Below are positions 9,524 through 17,863 of a DNA stretch of 64,000 nt, piece by piece. The position numbers and the translations under genes are program-made. Numbering within the stretch: position 1 is the stretch's first letter; each line of letters opens with the position of its first letter. Source of the stretch: Eubacteriales bacterium (GTDB lineage: Bacteria > Bacillota > Clostridia > Oscillospirales > CAG-382); NCBI GenBank assembly GCA_045657245.1, contig JAZOSQ010000034.1, forward strand, positions 2,555-66,554. The letters are read 5' to 3'. The notes under the pieces are model-generated. The model ran no database searches, was not told the DNA's origin, and saw nothing but the letters and a program-made list of their open reading frames with translations.

Positions 9524-10423
9524 ATGACGGACAATACAAAAAAACGTTTAAAGAAAACTTTTCTCATATCTCTCTCGATATTTTTGGCGGTTGCCGTTGT
9601 TACGGTATTGCTCGGATATCTGTTTCTTAAAGATAACCCTTTGATCAACGTTGTTTATTCTGCGTTGGAAACGACGGAGGATTCTTTCAGGATACAATCA
9701 ACGAAAACGACGGTCGAAAACGGTTTTTCGGAAGTGACGAAAACCGAATATATCTTCCCGAAGGACTCAGAGGAAAACGGTTTTTTGGAGATAACCGATA
9801 ACGAATATATCTATCATGTGGGAGAATACATTTATCAAGTCGATCGTTTCGGAGGTTCTGAAAGCATTTCAAAACGTGAATCTGGAACCTTGATAGAGAT
9901 TCTTTTTGAAGCATTCGAACGCCTAGCCGAAAATGACGCTTCGGGAAGCGCAAGACTTTTGAACAAAAAGATTTTCTCGAAAGATGTTCTTGACGAAGAT
10001 AGGTTTGGTAAAGCGTTAAGGAATATCATCTTTGACCTTGTCGACGAAGATTATCTTGTCGAAAATCTCGGATTTTCCAAGAAAGAATCAAACGGATCGA
10101 AAACATACGTTTTTAAAGGTGATTTGAATTCACTGTCCCGTTTGGTTTATACAATAGTTTCCGAATCGGAATATGCTTTTTCCGATAAAGAATATCACAA
10201 AGAACTTCTCGAACTTTTCCGCATCGCTTCGGAATTGAAGCTTAAAATCGATTTTGAACTCACGGTTGTTTTAGAGGATGGTTTTTTAAAGAGCATCGTT
10301 CTAAAGACGTTTTCAGAGAATAATAGTGTGACGTATAGTTTTGCATTTTCCGATTTTGGAAAAGCGGAAATTGACGATAAAATCATAAAAAACTTCAAAA
10401 AGTTAAAAAATATAACAAAATAA
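9524..10423 (+). CDS. Hypothetical membrane-anchored protein
   Basis: ATG at 9524 gives MTDNTKKRLKK followed by one TM helix (FLISLSIFLAVAVVTVLLGYLFL). The upstream-extended ORF start at 9455 lacks an RBS. I recognise no family. It has an internal duplicated ENGF.E.T...EYI segment. Confidence 0.6.
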   Translation: MTDNTKKRLKKTFLISLSIFLAVAVVTVLLGYLFLKDNPLINVVYSALETTEDSFRIQSTKTTVENGFSEVTKTEYIFPKDSEENGFLEITDNEYIYHVGEYIYQVDRFGGSESISKRESGTLIEILFEAFERLAENDASGSARLLNKKIFSKDVLDEDRFGKALRNIIFDLVDEDYLVENLGFSKKESNGSKTYVFKGDLNSLSRLVYTIVSESEYAFSDKEYHKELLELFRIASELKLKIDFELTVVLEDGFLKSIVLKTFSENNSVTYSFAFSDFGKAEIDDKIIKNFKKLKNITK

Positions 10424-10433
10424 AAGAGTTAAA

Positions 10434-10904
10434 ATGCATTATTTAATACTTTTTCTAATAAGCATGTTTCCCATAGTGGAACTTCGTGGAGCAATCCCGT
10501 ATGCGGTATTGAATGAACTTAATTTGCTCATAAGTATTCCGCTTTCTGTGATAGCAAATATTCTTCCGATTCCGTTTCTTCTTCTTTATGCCGGAAAGGT
10601 TTTAAGATATTTTGCAAAGTTCAAAAAAATCGGTTGGCCCTTCAGAAAGATTCTTGAACTCGGCGAAAAGAAGGTTTCGAAAAAGATAACCTCAATGGAA
10701 AAAAGCTTGTTTTTGGGTTTGCTTGCGTTTGTTGCAATTCCCCTTCCGGGCACAGGTGCTTGGACAGGCGCTCTGGTTGCAATAACCTTGAACCTTGATT
10801 TCAAAAAAAGCTTTTGGCCAATAGCACTGGGCGTAGTAGTCGCAGGCTTTATAGTGGCGTTCGTTTCTGTCGGCGTCGATGCGATCGTACAATCTATTGC
10901 TTAA
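10434..10904 (+). CDS. Small multidrug-export-like membrane protein (COG2426/Sm_multidrug_ex-like)
   Basis: N-terminus FPIVELRGAIPYA and four predicted TM segments. The size and motif are typical of this small membrane protein family. Confidence 0.65.
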   Translation: MHYLILFLISMFPIVELRGAIPYAVLNELNLLISIPLSVIANILPIPFLLLYAGKVLRYFAKFKKIGWPFRKILELGEKKVSKKITSMEKSLFLGLLAFVAIPLPGTGAWTGALVAITLNLDFKKSFWPIALGVVVAGFIVAFVSVGVDAIVQSIA

Positions 10905-10935
10905 AAAAAGACACAATAAAGGGAGGACACTAATT

Positions 10936-11481
10936 ATGAACACAAAGAAACTTATTGCACTTATTCTCGCTGCTCTTTTCTTGGTTAGCGTATTCGCTAT
11001 CACTGCTTCCGCAGCAAGTGTTACGTTCAGACCCGAAACGAAAAACGGAAAGATTTACGGTATTCCCGTAGGTTGTACTGTGTCGGTTCTCAAGAACGCA
11101 TATTACAATGCTTCTGTTCAGGTTTCCAACGCAAGCGGTATTTCTGTTGCAAATAGCGACAACATTGGTACTGGCTATGTTGTAAAGCTTAACGGCGTAT
11201 CGTATACTGCTGTTGTATTGGGCGATGTAAATGGGGACGCTATTCTTTCTGCTACCGACTATATCGTTATCAGACGTGTATGTGCAGGAACGTACACCAC
11301 ATCCAGCCTTGCTCTCGAAGCAGCAGGTGTTGACGTTGAAAATGGTGAAGATGCTACAGCAATGCACTATATCAAGGTTAAACGTGCAGTTATGGGGACC
11401 TACGATATGAATGTTGATTACAACTGCGATCCCTATGATCCTACTCAGAATGAATCCGGTTGGACTGAAGGTTGGGTATAA
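10936..11481 (+). CDS. Small secreted protein with a dockerin-like (EF-hand-type) C-terminal module
   Basis: GGGAGGA RBS at 10921-10927, then ATG at 10936. Signal peptide MNTKKLIALILAALFLVSVFAITASA. Duplicated Ca-binding-like segments GDVNGDAILSATDYIVIRR and VDVENGEDATAMHYIKVKR. Confidence 0.65.
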   Translation: MNTKKLIALILAALFLVSVFAITASAASVTFRPETKNGKIYGIPVGCTVSVLKNAYYNASVQVSNASGISVANSDNIGTGYVVKLNGVSYTAVVLGDVNGDAILSATDYIVIRRVCAGTYTTSSLALEAAGVDVENGEDATAMHYIKVKRAVMGTYDMNVDYNCDPYDPTQNESGWTEGWV

Positions 11482-11505
11482 TATCAATCTAAATTAGCAA
11501 AACAA

Positions 11506-11537
11506 AAATCTCCTGTTTTCGAACAGGAGATTTTTTA
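11506..11537. terminator. Bidirectional Rho-independent terminator
   Basis: Perfect 12-bp stem AAATCTCCTGTT/AACAGGAGATTT with a TTCG loop, flanked by an A-run and a T-run. It sits between the convergent dockerin-like gene and alr. Confidence 0.85.
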
Positions 11538-11557
11538 TATTATTTTCTATTATTGTG

Positions 11558-12658
11558 TCAGTTTATATATTCAAGCTTAACTCGATGCTTCAACGAGCAT
11601 AGTATTTCATAATTGATAGTGCCCATGGTGTCAGCAAGAACGTTGATGTCGTCGCTCGATTCAAAAATAATTGCCTTGTCGCCTACCTTGCAGTCAAAAT
11701 CATTTCCGATATCGACCATACACATATCCATGCATATTCTTCCGACCGTCGAGAATTTCTTCCCGTTGATCTTTATAAGCTCTTTTCCCGAATAAACTCT
11801 CGAAAACCCGTCTGCATAACCAATCGAGATAACCGCAACCTTCGTGTCTTTTTCTGCACGGTATGTACAACCGTAACTCACGCTGTCACCCTTGTTGAGC
11901 TTATGAACAGCGCAAACTCTCGCCGAGAGCTTCATTGCAGGAAGGATGTTCTCGTCTTTCACTTCGTTAGAGGGGAAAAGACCATAGAGAATTATCCCTG
12001 CGCGAACCATATCAAGATGCATTTCGGGATATCGAAGCGTCGCCGCACTGTTACAGCAGTGTTTTGTTCCAACGTCGATGCTTCTCTTTTCGAGCTCTTT
12101 GAGGAGTGCGGAAAATACCGAGAATTGTGTTTCGGTGAAATCTCTTGTAATCCCGTCACTGTCAGCAAAATGAGTGAATATGCCTTCGATTTTTATATTT
12201 TCAAGCGATGCAATTTTCTGAATCTCGTCTGCGGCAGATTGAATATCCTGCTCGGAATGACAATATATACCGAGTCTTGACATACCTGTATCGACCTTTA
12301 TATGAACACGAACCTCTCGCGTTTTCGAGATTTCTTCCGCGTATTCAAAACTGTCGGCAGTCTGAATGAACGAATTGTCTGCAATTTCATCGATAAGCAA
12401 CGCATCGGTGGGGCCGAGAATCAAGATGTTGCTGTCAATTCCACTTTCCTTCAATTCCAAAGCTTCACTAAGACAAGCAACCGCGAAATCGTTACATCCC
12501 AAAAGTGCCAAACGTTTCGAAACCTCGTTTGCGCCGTGACCGTAAGCATCCGCCTTGACAATAGCCATAACCTTGCTCTTGTCGATAAGCGATTTTATGT
12601 AATTGTAGTTTTCAGCGATGCGGTTGAGATCAACCTGCGCTTTCACTCTGTGTTTCAT
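11558..12658 (-). CDS. alr: Alanine racemase
   Basis: PLP-lysine motif AIVKADAYGHG and full-length Alr architecture. The start is chosen at MKHRVKAQVDL (12658); the ORF is open up to 12682. Confidence 0.9.
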   Translation of the reverse strand: MKHRVKAQVDLNRIAENYNYIKSLIDKSKVMAIVKADAYGHGANEVSKRLALLGCNDFAVACLSEALELKESGIDSNILILGPTDALLIDEIADNSFIQTADSFEYAEEISKTREVRVHIKVDTGMSRLGIYCHSEQDIQSAADEIQKIASLENIKIEGIFTHFADSDGITRDFTETQFSVFSALLKELEKRSIDVGTKHCCNSAATLRYPEMHLDMVRAGIILYGLFPSNEVKDENILPAMKLSARVCAVHKLNKGDSVSYGCTYRAEKDTKVAVISIGYADGFSRVYSGKELIKINGKKFSTVGRICMDMCMVDIGNDFDCKVGDKAIIFESSDDINVLADTMGTINYEILCSLKHRVKLEYIN

Positions 12659-13136
12659 AAAATTCAAGCTCGATGACGTCAAAGCAAAACCGACGTCCGC
12701 TTTCCTCCGTTTCGATGCGATTTATCGCACCATTATCTCTATCATAATACACCATTATATCCGTTTCGTCAATAGTATACTTAATTCCGCCTTCCCAAGC
12801 GGTGAACTCTGCACACGAAGCGATTTTGCGAAGCGCATTGATAAGTGATTCTTGTGCAGGGAATGTGTTCTTTTTAATTTCTCTCGAAAAATCGCCAACC
12901 TTTGCAATATTGACGTCTTCTTGGAATTGAAGGATGACGTTTTTAAGTTCGTCGGGCTCTTCAAACACAATATCACAGCTTTTTTCGGATATGTTGGCGG
13001 TGAAAACCACGTCAGTTCCCGAAAGCTTCGCACTGATTTTTAATGGGATCGAAAAATTCGGATTGTTTTGCTCTTTCGAGCAGGAAATTAACAATATCAA
13101 TGATAGAGTTAAAATAAAAATTAAGATTCTTTTCAC
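12630..13136 (-). CDS. Putative lipoprotein, unknown function
   Basis: Signal peptide with lipobox (MKRILIFILTLSLILLISC|S). It overlaps the alr start, which suggests co-transcription. Its position upstream of alr resembles the lipoprotein gene (ydcC) preceding alr in Bacillus; that is a positional analogy only. Confidence 0.65.
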   Translation of the reverse strand: MKRILIFILTLSLILLISCSKEQNNPNFSIPLKISAKLSGTDVVFTANISEKSCDIVFEEPDELKNVILQFQEDVNIAKVGDFSREIKKNTFPAQESLINALRKIASCAEFTAWEGGIKYTIDETDIMVYYDRDNGAINRIETEESGRRFCFDVIELEFYETQSESAG

Positions 13137-13209
13137 TCATAGATTCCTTTCGAAGAAATATTTTATCTCCGATTAATGCATATGAACTATACTGAAAAAA
13201 TATGATATT

Positions 13210-13950
13210 TTACGGGAGCAAAAGAATACCGTTTTGATATATCGGAATGAGTCGGTTGTAAATATAATTGTTGCCGAACAGCCCAATGATTTCGTTGTTT
13301 TCGGAATAAATAAGCATCCTCAACGTGTGCCCTTTGCCAAGTATCGCGCTTTGTGTGATTCCGTTTTCGGAAACCGAAACCGTGCGAATATTTCCTTTTG
13401 TAGAACTATACGCAAACAGATTTTGATTCGGGGTAATAAAATCGGTCAGAAGCTCACCGTAATCCGCTTGGCAAATCTGCGTGACACGGTTCCCGTTCAT
13501 ATCGAAAATACAGGCGGTTTTCGGGAACACCCCGACAATATAGGGTTCGTTATCGATGCAGGTTAACGAAGCGTCGATAAGTCCGTCTTCACCACACAAA
13601 TCGGCTTCGGAGTTGACGACACAGTTGCAACCACAACCGCAAGTTTGTTCCGTAATGCAAGAAGAATCAAGCTCGACAAACCCTTTTTCGAGGAAGTTGC
13701 CGTCGATAAAATAGACTCGCCTTTGGTTACAACAACCCAGAGCTGTCATCATTTCGGAAGAACCATATCTTCGCAGTCTGCGATAGGGGCGTAACGTGCA
13801 GATGTTGTCAATCGCCGTTCCGTCGCTTTCGAAAACATATATTTTGCATTCGATTCCGTCGGTTGCATAAATCCTTTCGCGGTTTTCCATAGCCGAAACA
13901 GCGGCATACGAATTTTTGAGAATAAATTGCTTATATTCAAAAGCGTTCAA
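13210..13950 (-). CDS. Hypothetical Cys-rich cytoplasmic protein
   Basis: Clean 246-aa ORF with no signal peptide and a central cluster TCGCGCNC plus several more Cys. I recognise no family. Confidence 0.55.
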   Translation of the reverse strand: MNAFEYKQFILKNSYAAVSAMENRERIYATDGIECKIYVFESDGTAIDNICTLRPYRRLRRYGSSEMMTALGCCNQRRVYFIDGNFLEKGFVELDSSCITEQTCGCGCNCVVNSEADLCGEDGLIDASLTCIDNEPYIVGVFPKTACIFDMNGNRVTQICQADYGELLTDFITPNQNLFAYSSTKGNIRTVSVSENGITQSAILGKGHTLRMLIYSENNEIIGLFGNNYIYNRLIPIYQNGILLLP

Positions 13951-13977
13951 AATTAATCAACTCCTAAAAGATTCCGC

Positions 13978-14006
13978 TTGATTTATTATGGTATATATAG
14001 TATAGT
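13978..14006 (+). promoter_or_regulatory. Putative sigma-A promoter for the DUF4855-like gene
   Basis: TTGATT (13978-13983), 17-nt spacer, TATAGT (14001-14006). Confidence 0.4.
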
Positions 14007-14061
14007 ACATATATAGTTTATGTTATATGAATATATATGTTTCTGCATTCGAGGTATAACG

Positions 14062-16170
14062 ATGAAGAAATTATCAATAACTCTTTCTTTGCTTCTGATA
14101 ATATGCATGCTTGTGCCGATTTTGTCGGTTTTTGCGGAAGAAAGCGAAATCAACCTTGCGAAAGGTGTAAAATATACAATAACAACCGGAGAACCGATTT
14201 CGTTAAGCTATTCGAACCTTGAAAAAGAAGGTGAAAAGCTCGAAGTAGATAACGGTCAACTTTCGGACGGAATAATTGCCGAGGTTTCGGATGATGATTC
14301 TGCATGGTATCGCGCTTATCGAGGAAGAAGCCGTATTGTCGTTTTCGATTTTGGCGAAAAGATTTCGGTTTCTGCCGTAAAAGCATCGTTTTTGAACGAT
14401 AAAAGCAAGAAGATTACTGCGCCGAGATATATCAATGTTTCGCTTTCCGAAGACGGAGTGAAATATGCCCGCGTTTCGGAGTATGAAACAAAGTATAAAA
14501 CGAGCATCAGCGACGCGAAACATGCCGATTTTAACATAAAACTCGGCAAAAACTATGGAGCACGATTCGTTAAGATTGAATATACCATAGAAAACTTTTC
14601 CTATTGTGATGAAATTGAGATCATCGGCAAAAAAACCTTAACCGGTAGGGAATCAAGGCTTCGAATAACTTCCGAAACACAACCGTCAGGGTATATAAAT
14701 TCAATTTCGGGTGTTTCTAACACCGTCACTCTTTATAACGGATACGGCACAGACACATTCACGAAAGAAATGCTTATGCCGTATATTGCCTATATAGGTA
14801 CAAATGGTGCCGTTTCGGGCAAAATGTTTGATTCTGCAATAATAACGCCTTATAATACAGCATATCCTTCCGGCGGTTCGCTCTATTTTGATGATAAGCA
14901 GGGCACGGTCATGTCGGATTGGGAACTATATCTTGACAATCTTTTCAAGCGAAAAGGCGACCTTGCGATTTTGGATAAAACTGTCGGAGAAGTATATTCA
15001 AAACTCGGAATCACCGGGAAATTCAAGGTGTTCATTGCTTTGCCCTATCCGAAAATGATAAATAAACCCTTTGGCGATATCGATTCCGACGGATTGGATG
15101 AATATTGTAAAACAATTTCAGAGAGAGTCGATGTTTCGAAATGGTATATCAACAAATGTATTTCGACCTTCTTGAATAAAGAATATAAAAACATCTCTCT
15201 TGCGGGATTTTCGTGGTGCGGTTCAGAGATTAATTCATCCTATAACGAACAGGAAATACAATTTGTCAAAAATGTAAATAAATATATTCAACAAAAGAAA
15301 ATCGTATCGATTTGCACGTTTGGATATCTTTCCCCCGGTTTTGAAGATTGGGATGATTTGGGTTTTGGCGGCGCTTCCATGAAGTCGGGTTATACGGACT
15401 CTAAAAATGGATATGAACGAGAAATGCTCTCCGAATTCGCTCGATCGGCATATAACAACAATTTGGGTGTAACGATCGAGCTTTCTTCTTCCTCGACTTT
15501 TGATTCCGAGTCCTATGACGAAGCGGTGAAAAAATACGAAAACTACCTTTTCCATATGTACAAATCGGACTGTATGAACGCATTCAATATCTTTTCCGAA
15601 ACCAAGAAAAACGGTGTTTTCGGAATGTTGGCGTCACAGGAAATAACAACTCCAAAGGGTATTAATCTTCGCAGACTTTACGATCTTACATATCAATATA
15701 TCAACGGAACCTATAAGAATAGCGCACCGACCGTTTTTATCGACGATATAGAGTTAATCTATGGTGAGGAACGTGTTTTGGTGGAAATATTGATCGAAGA
15801 TAACGATTCGCATTGGGACGATATCGTTATTGAGCTCCCTCAAAAACCGCAACACGGAAATATCACGGTTTCTGCCGATAAACAAACCTTGATATTCCAA
15901 CCGGACAAAGATTTTTCGGGAAAAGATGGATTCACTGTGGTTGTGTCCGACGGATTCAATAATTCCGAAGAATTTAAGGTTGCGATAAACGTCATCAATG
16001 ACGATGTTTCTTTCGAGGAAGATGTTTCGAGCACAATCGAAGAATCGAAAGACGAGCCGACAAACGATACGGTTTCAATACCTCCGTGGCTTATGATAAT
16101 CGTTCTTATTCTTGTAGGGGCGGTTGTTGCCGTTGCGGTAGTTGTAATTATTAAAGCCCTAAAAAAATAA
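14062..16170 (+). CDS. Surface-anchored protein: discoidin-like N-domain, DUF4855-like central region, cadherin/Ig-like module, C-terminal TM anchor
   Basis: GAGGT RBS 7 nt before the ATG at 14062. Signal peptide MKKLSITLSLLLIICMLVPILSVFA. The N-terminal region resembles F5/8 type C. The module HGNITVSADKQTLIFQPDKDFSGKDGFTVVVSDG is cadherin-like. The C-terminus is a hydrophobic helix followed by KALKK. Confidence 0.65.
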   Translation: MKKLSITLSLLLIICMLVPILSVFAEESEINLAKGVKYTITTGEPISLSYSNLEKEGEKLEVDNGQLSDGIIAEVSDDDSAWYRAYRGRSRIVVFDFGEKISVSAVKASFLNDKSKKITAPRYINVSLSEDGVKYARVSEYETKYKTSISDAKHADFNIKLGKNYGARFVKIEYTIENFSYCDEIEIIGKKTLTGRESRLRITSETQPSGYINSISGVSNTVTLYNGYGTDTFTKEMLMPYIAYIGTNGAVSGKMFDSAIITPYNTAYPSGGSLYFDDKQGTVMSDWELYLDNLFKRKGDLAILDKTVGEVYSKLGITGKFKVFIALPYPKMINKPFGDIDSDGLDEYCKTISERVDVSKWYINKCISTFLNKEYKNISLAGFSWCGSEINSSYNEQEIQFVKNVNKYIQQKKIVSICTFGYLSPGFEDWDDLGFGGASMKSGYTDSKNGYEREMLSEFARSAYNNNLGVTIELSSSSTFDSESYDEAVKKYENYLFHMYKSDCMNAFNIFSETKKNGVFGMLASQEITTPKGINLRRLYDLTYQYINGTYKNSAPTVFIDDIELIYGEERVLVEILIEDNDSHWDDIVIELPQKPQHGNITVSADKQTLIFQPDKDFSGKDGFTVVVSDGFNNSEEFKVAINVINDDVSFEEDVSSTIEESKDEPTNDTVSIPPWLMIIVLILVGAVVAVAVVVIIKALKK

Positions 16171-16173
16171 AAT

Positions 16174-16213
16174 AAAGGCTGTTATGAATTAAAATTCATA
16201 ACAGCCTTTTTCT
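16174..16213. terminator. Bidirectional Rho-independent terminator
   Basis: Long stem AAAGGCTGTTATGAATT/AATTCATAACAGCCTTT followed by TTTC. It lies between the convergent DUF4855-like gene and mazF. Confidence 0.85.
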
Positions 16214-16217
16214 TGTA

Positions 16218-16604
16218 TTAATATAATCCAAAACTAATTCCGATTGCGCTGTTGACTTGTTGCATGGTGCGTTCGTCGAGAGTACCCATACGCTCCTTAA
16301 GACGTCGTTTGTCGATTGTACGTATCTGTTCAAGCAAGACGACCGAATCTTTCGCCAAACCGCAATTTCTGTCGCCCGAAACGCTCTCGTTGGCAGAGAT
16401 GGCAATATGTGTCGGGAGCTTTGTTTTATCGGTTTTGCTTGTAATAGCCGCGGCGATAACGGTCGGGCTGTATTTGTTTCCGAGATTGTTCTGTACAATC
16501 AAAACGGGACGTACACCGCCTTGCTCTGAACCAACAACGGGGCTCAAATCGGCATAGTATATATCACCTCTGCGTATTCCTTCCTCGCCGTTTTGCATCT
16601 TCAC
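16218..16604 (-). CDS. mazF: MazF/EndoA (PemK-family) endoribonuclease toxin
   Basis: Matches the EndoA pattern across its length ([28 protein letters not shown]...[10 protein letters not shown]...KLPTH...[17 protein letters not shown]). AGAGGAG RBS at 16614-16620. The start is GTG at 16604 or ATG at 16598. Confidence 0.9.
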   Translation of the reverse strand: MKMQNGEEGIRRGDIYYADLSPVVGSEQGGVRPVLIVQNNLGNKYSPTVIAAAITSKTDKTKLPTHIAISANESVSGDRNCGLAKDSVVLLEQIRTIDKRRLKERMGTLDERTMQQVNSAIGISFGLY

Positions 16605-16638
16605 TGTTAAACACTCCTCTTGATAATTAAACTTGTTT

Positions 16639-16679
16639 ATAGCATAAAAGAACCGAATTGTTCGAATCTTTTATGCTAT
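16639..16679 (-). promoter_or_regulatory. 41-nt near-perfect hairpin/palindrome upstream of mazF
   Basis: 13-bp arms ATAGCATAAAAGA/TCTTTTATGCTAT enclose an inner CGAA/TTCG stem. There is no U-tract on either strand. It lies 35-75 nt upstream of the mazF start. Confidence 0.5.
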
Positions 16680-16798
16680 CATCTTATGCAATTTATGTCT
16701 GCAAGGTTAGTTTTTTCCAAAAGGCGATTGTTTATTCGATTGAACAAAAAAAGAAGCTCTTTTTTTGAAGAAAGAACTTCTTTTTGGTTTACATAACT

Positions 16799-17863
16799 CT
16801 ACTGTATTGAAGTGAACCAAGAAAAATATTTGTTGAACAGCTTTGATGTTCCCGAAGGAATAAGCTCGAATTTATAGTTGGCAAATTCTTTGCGGTAATT
16901 GCTGTTAAGAGTGACCGAACGCGAAAACCAAATGCCGTTGTTTGCGCTTGTGCCGGTTCGGAACACAATTGAAGAATAGCTTATTCCTGATTGAGAAACC
17001 GCCTCGTAATATCTGTCAACACGGTCAAAAAATTCGGGTATGCTTTGTATTCCGTATAAGGTTATCTCGAAATCGATGTTTCCGTAAAGCCCGTCATCAC
17101 CTGCCGAAAAGATATTTTGATTCGGGAGGAAAACGAAACGTTCAAACTCGACATTGAAACTGTCGGAAGGGAATGAATGTCGCAAAACATCAGTAAATTC
17201 AAGGACAAACGGTTCTGCCGCCTTAACCTCGACAATACTCTTGAAGCCGTCGCGGACAACATCGTCTTTATAAGAAAGCGTTGCGATTTCCGTCGGGAAT
17301 TTACTGCTTCTTGCGTCTTTAACATAGGTTCTCGTTTTGAAATTGTAATAGATGCTTGAGAATTCAAAATCACCGAAATATTCGTCGCTTTCGGGATATA
17401 TCGATTCGGCATATTCATCAATTTCGTTTCTTGCCGTAATCGCGGAAATCGGGTTGCCGATGAATATGAAGGAAAGCAAGATACAAACCGCTGTGCTTAA
17501 AGCAAAAACGACAAAACCTTTCTTTTCCTTCTTTCGAATCTGCTTTGCGGCAGCTTCAAAAGCAATACAAGCAAGTAGACATAATGCGGTGAATACCAAA
17601 ACCGAGGTTTTGTCGGTCTGTTCAACGGTATTAAGCCAGAATACCGTCACGCCAAAGCAAACATATTTAATTTTCGCATCAATTCCAATAAATGCCGCAA
17701 CACCACAAAAAACAAAAACCAAAGGTGTCATTGCGAGTATGCCGACCGAAGGTCGAAAGCAAACTCCGGCAAGAAATGCCAACATTACAACGATAACAAG
17801 CTTGAGAAGATGCAAACGAGAAGCTTTTTTGTTCTTTTTGCCGTTTTGTTTTTCCGATGCCAT
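16799..17863 (-). CDS. Hypothetical membrane protein (about 5 N-terminal TM helices plus a soluble C-domain)
   Basis: GGAGG RBS, then ATG at 17863 (MASEKQNGKKNKK...). This ATG shares one nucleotide with the TGA of the upstream RNHCP gene (TGATG). The longer ORF to 18034 would overlap that gene. Confidence 0.65.
   Translation of the reverse strand: MASEKQNGKKNKKASRLHLLKLVIVVMLAFLAGVCFRPSVGILAMTPLVFVFCGVAAFIGIDAKIKYVCFGVTVFWLNTVEQTDKTSVLVFTALCLLACIAFEAAAKQIRKKEKKGFVVFALSTAVCILLSFIFIGNPISAITARNEIDEYAESIYPESDEYFGDFEFSSIYYNFKTRTYVKDARSSKFPTEIATLSYKDDVVRDGFKSIVEVKAAEPFVLEFTDVLRHSFPSDSFNVEFERFVFLPNQNIFSAGDDGLYGNIDFEITLYGIQSIPEFFDRVDRYYEAVSQSGISYSSIVFRTGTSANNGIWFSRSVTLNSNYRKEFANYKFELIPSGTSKLFNKYFSWFTSIQ

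Noticed and set aside
16605-16798. Search for a short mazE/antitoxin ORF upstream of mazF
   Set aside because: On the - strand every ATG is followed by a stop within 1-3 codons. No ORF of plausible antitoxin size exists with ATG, GTG or TTG plus an RBS that I could see. This is reported as a finding (solo toxin), not as a gene.
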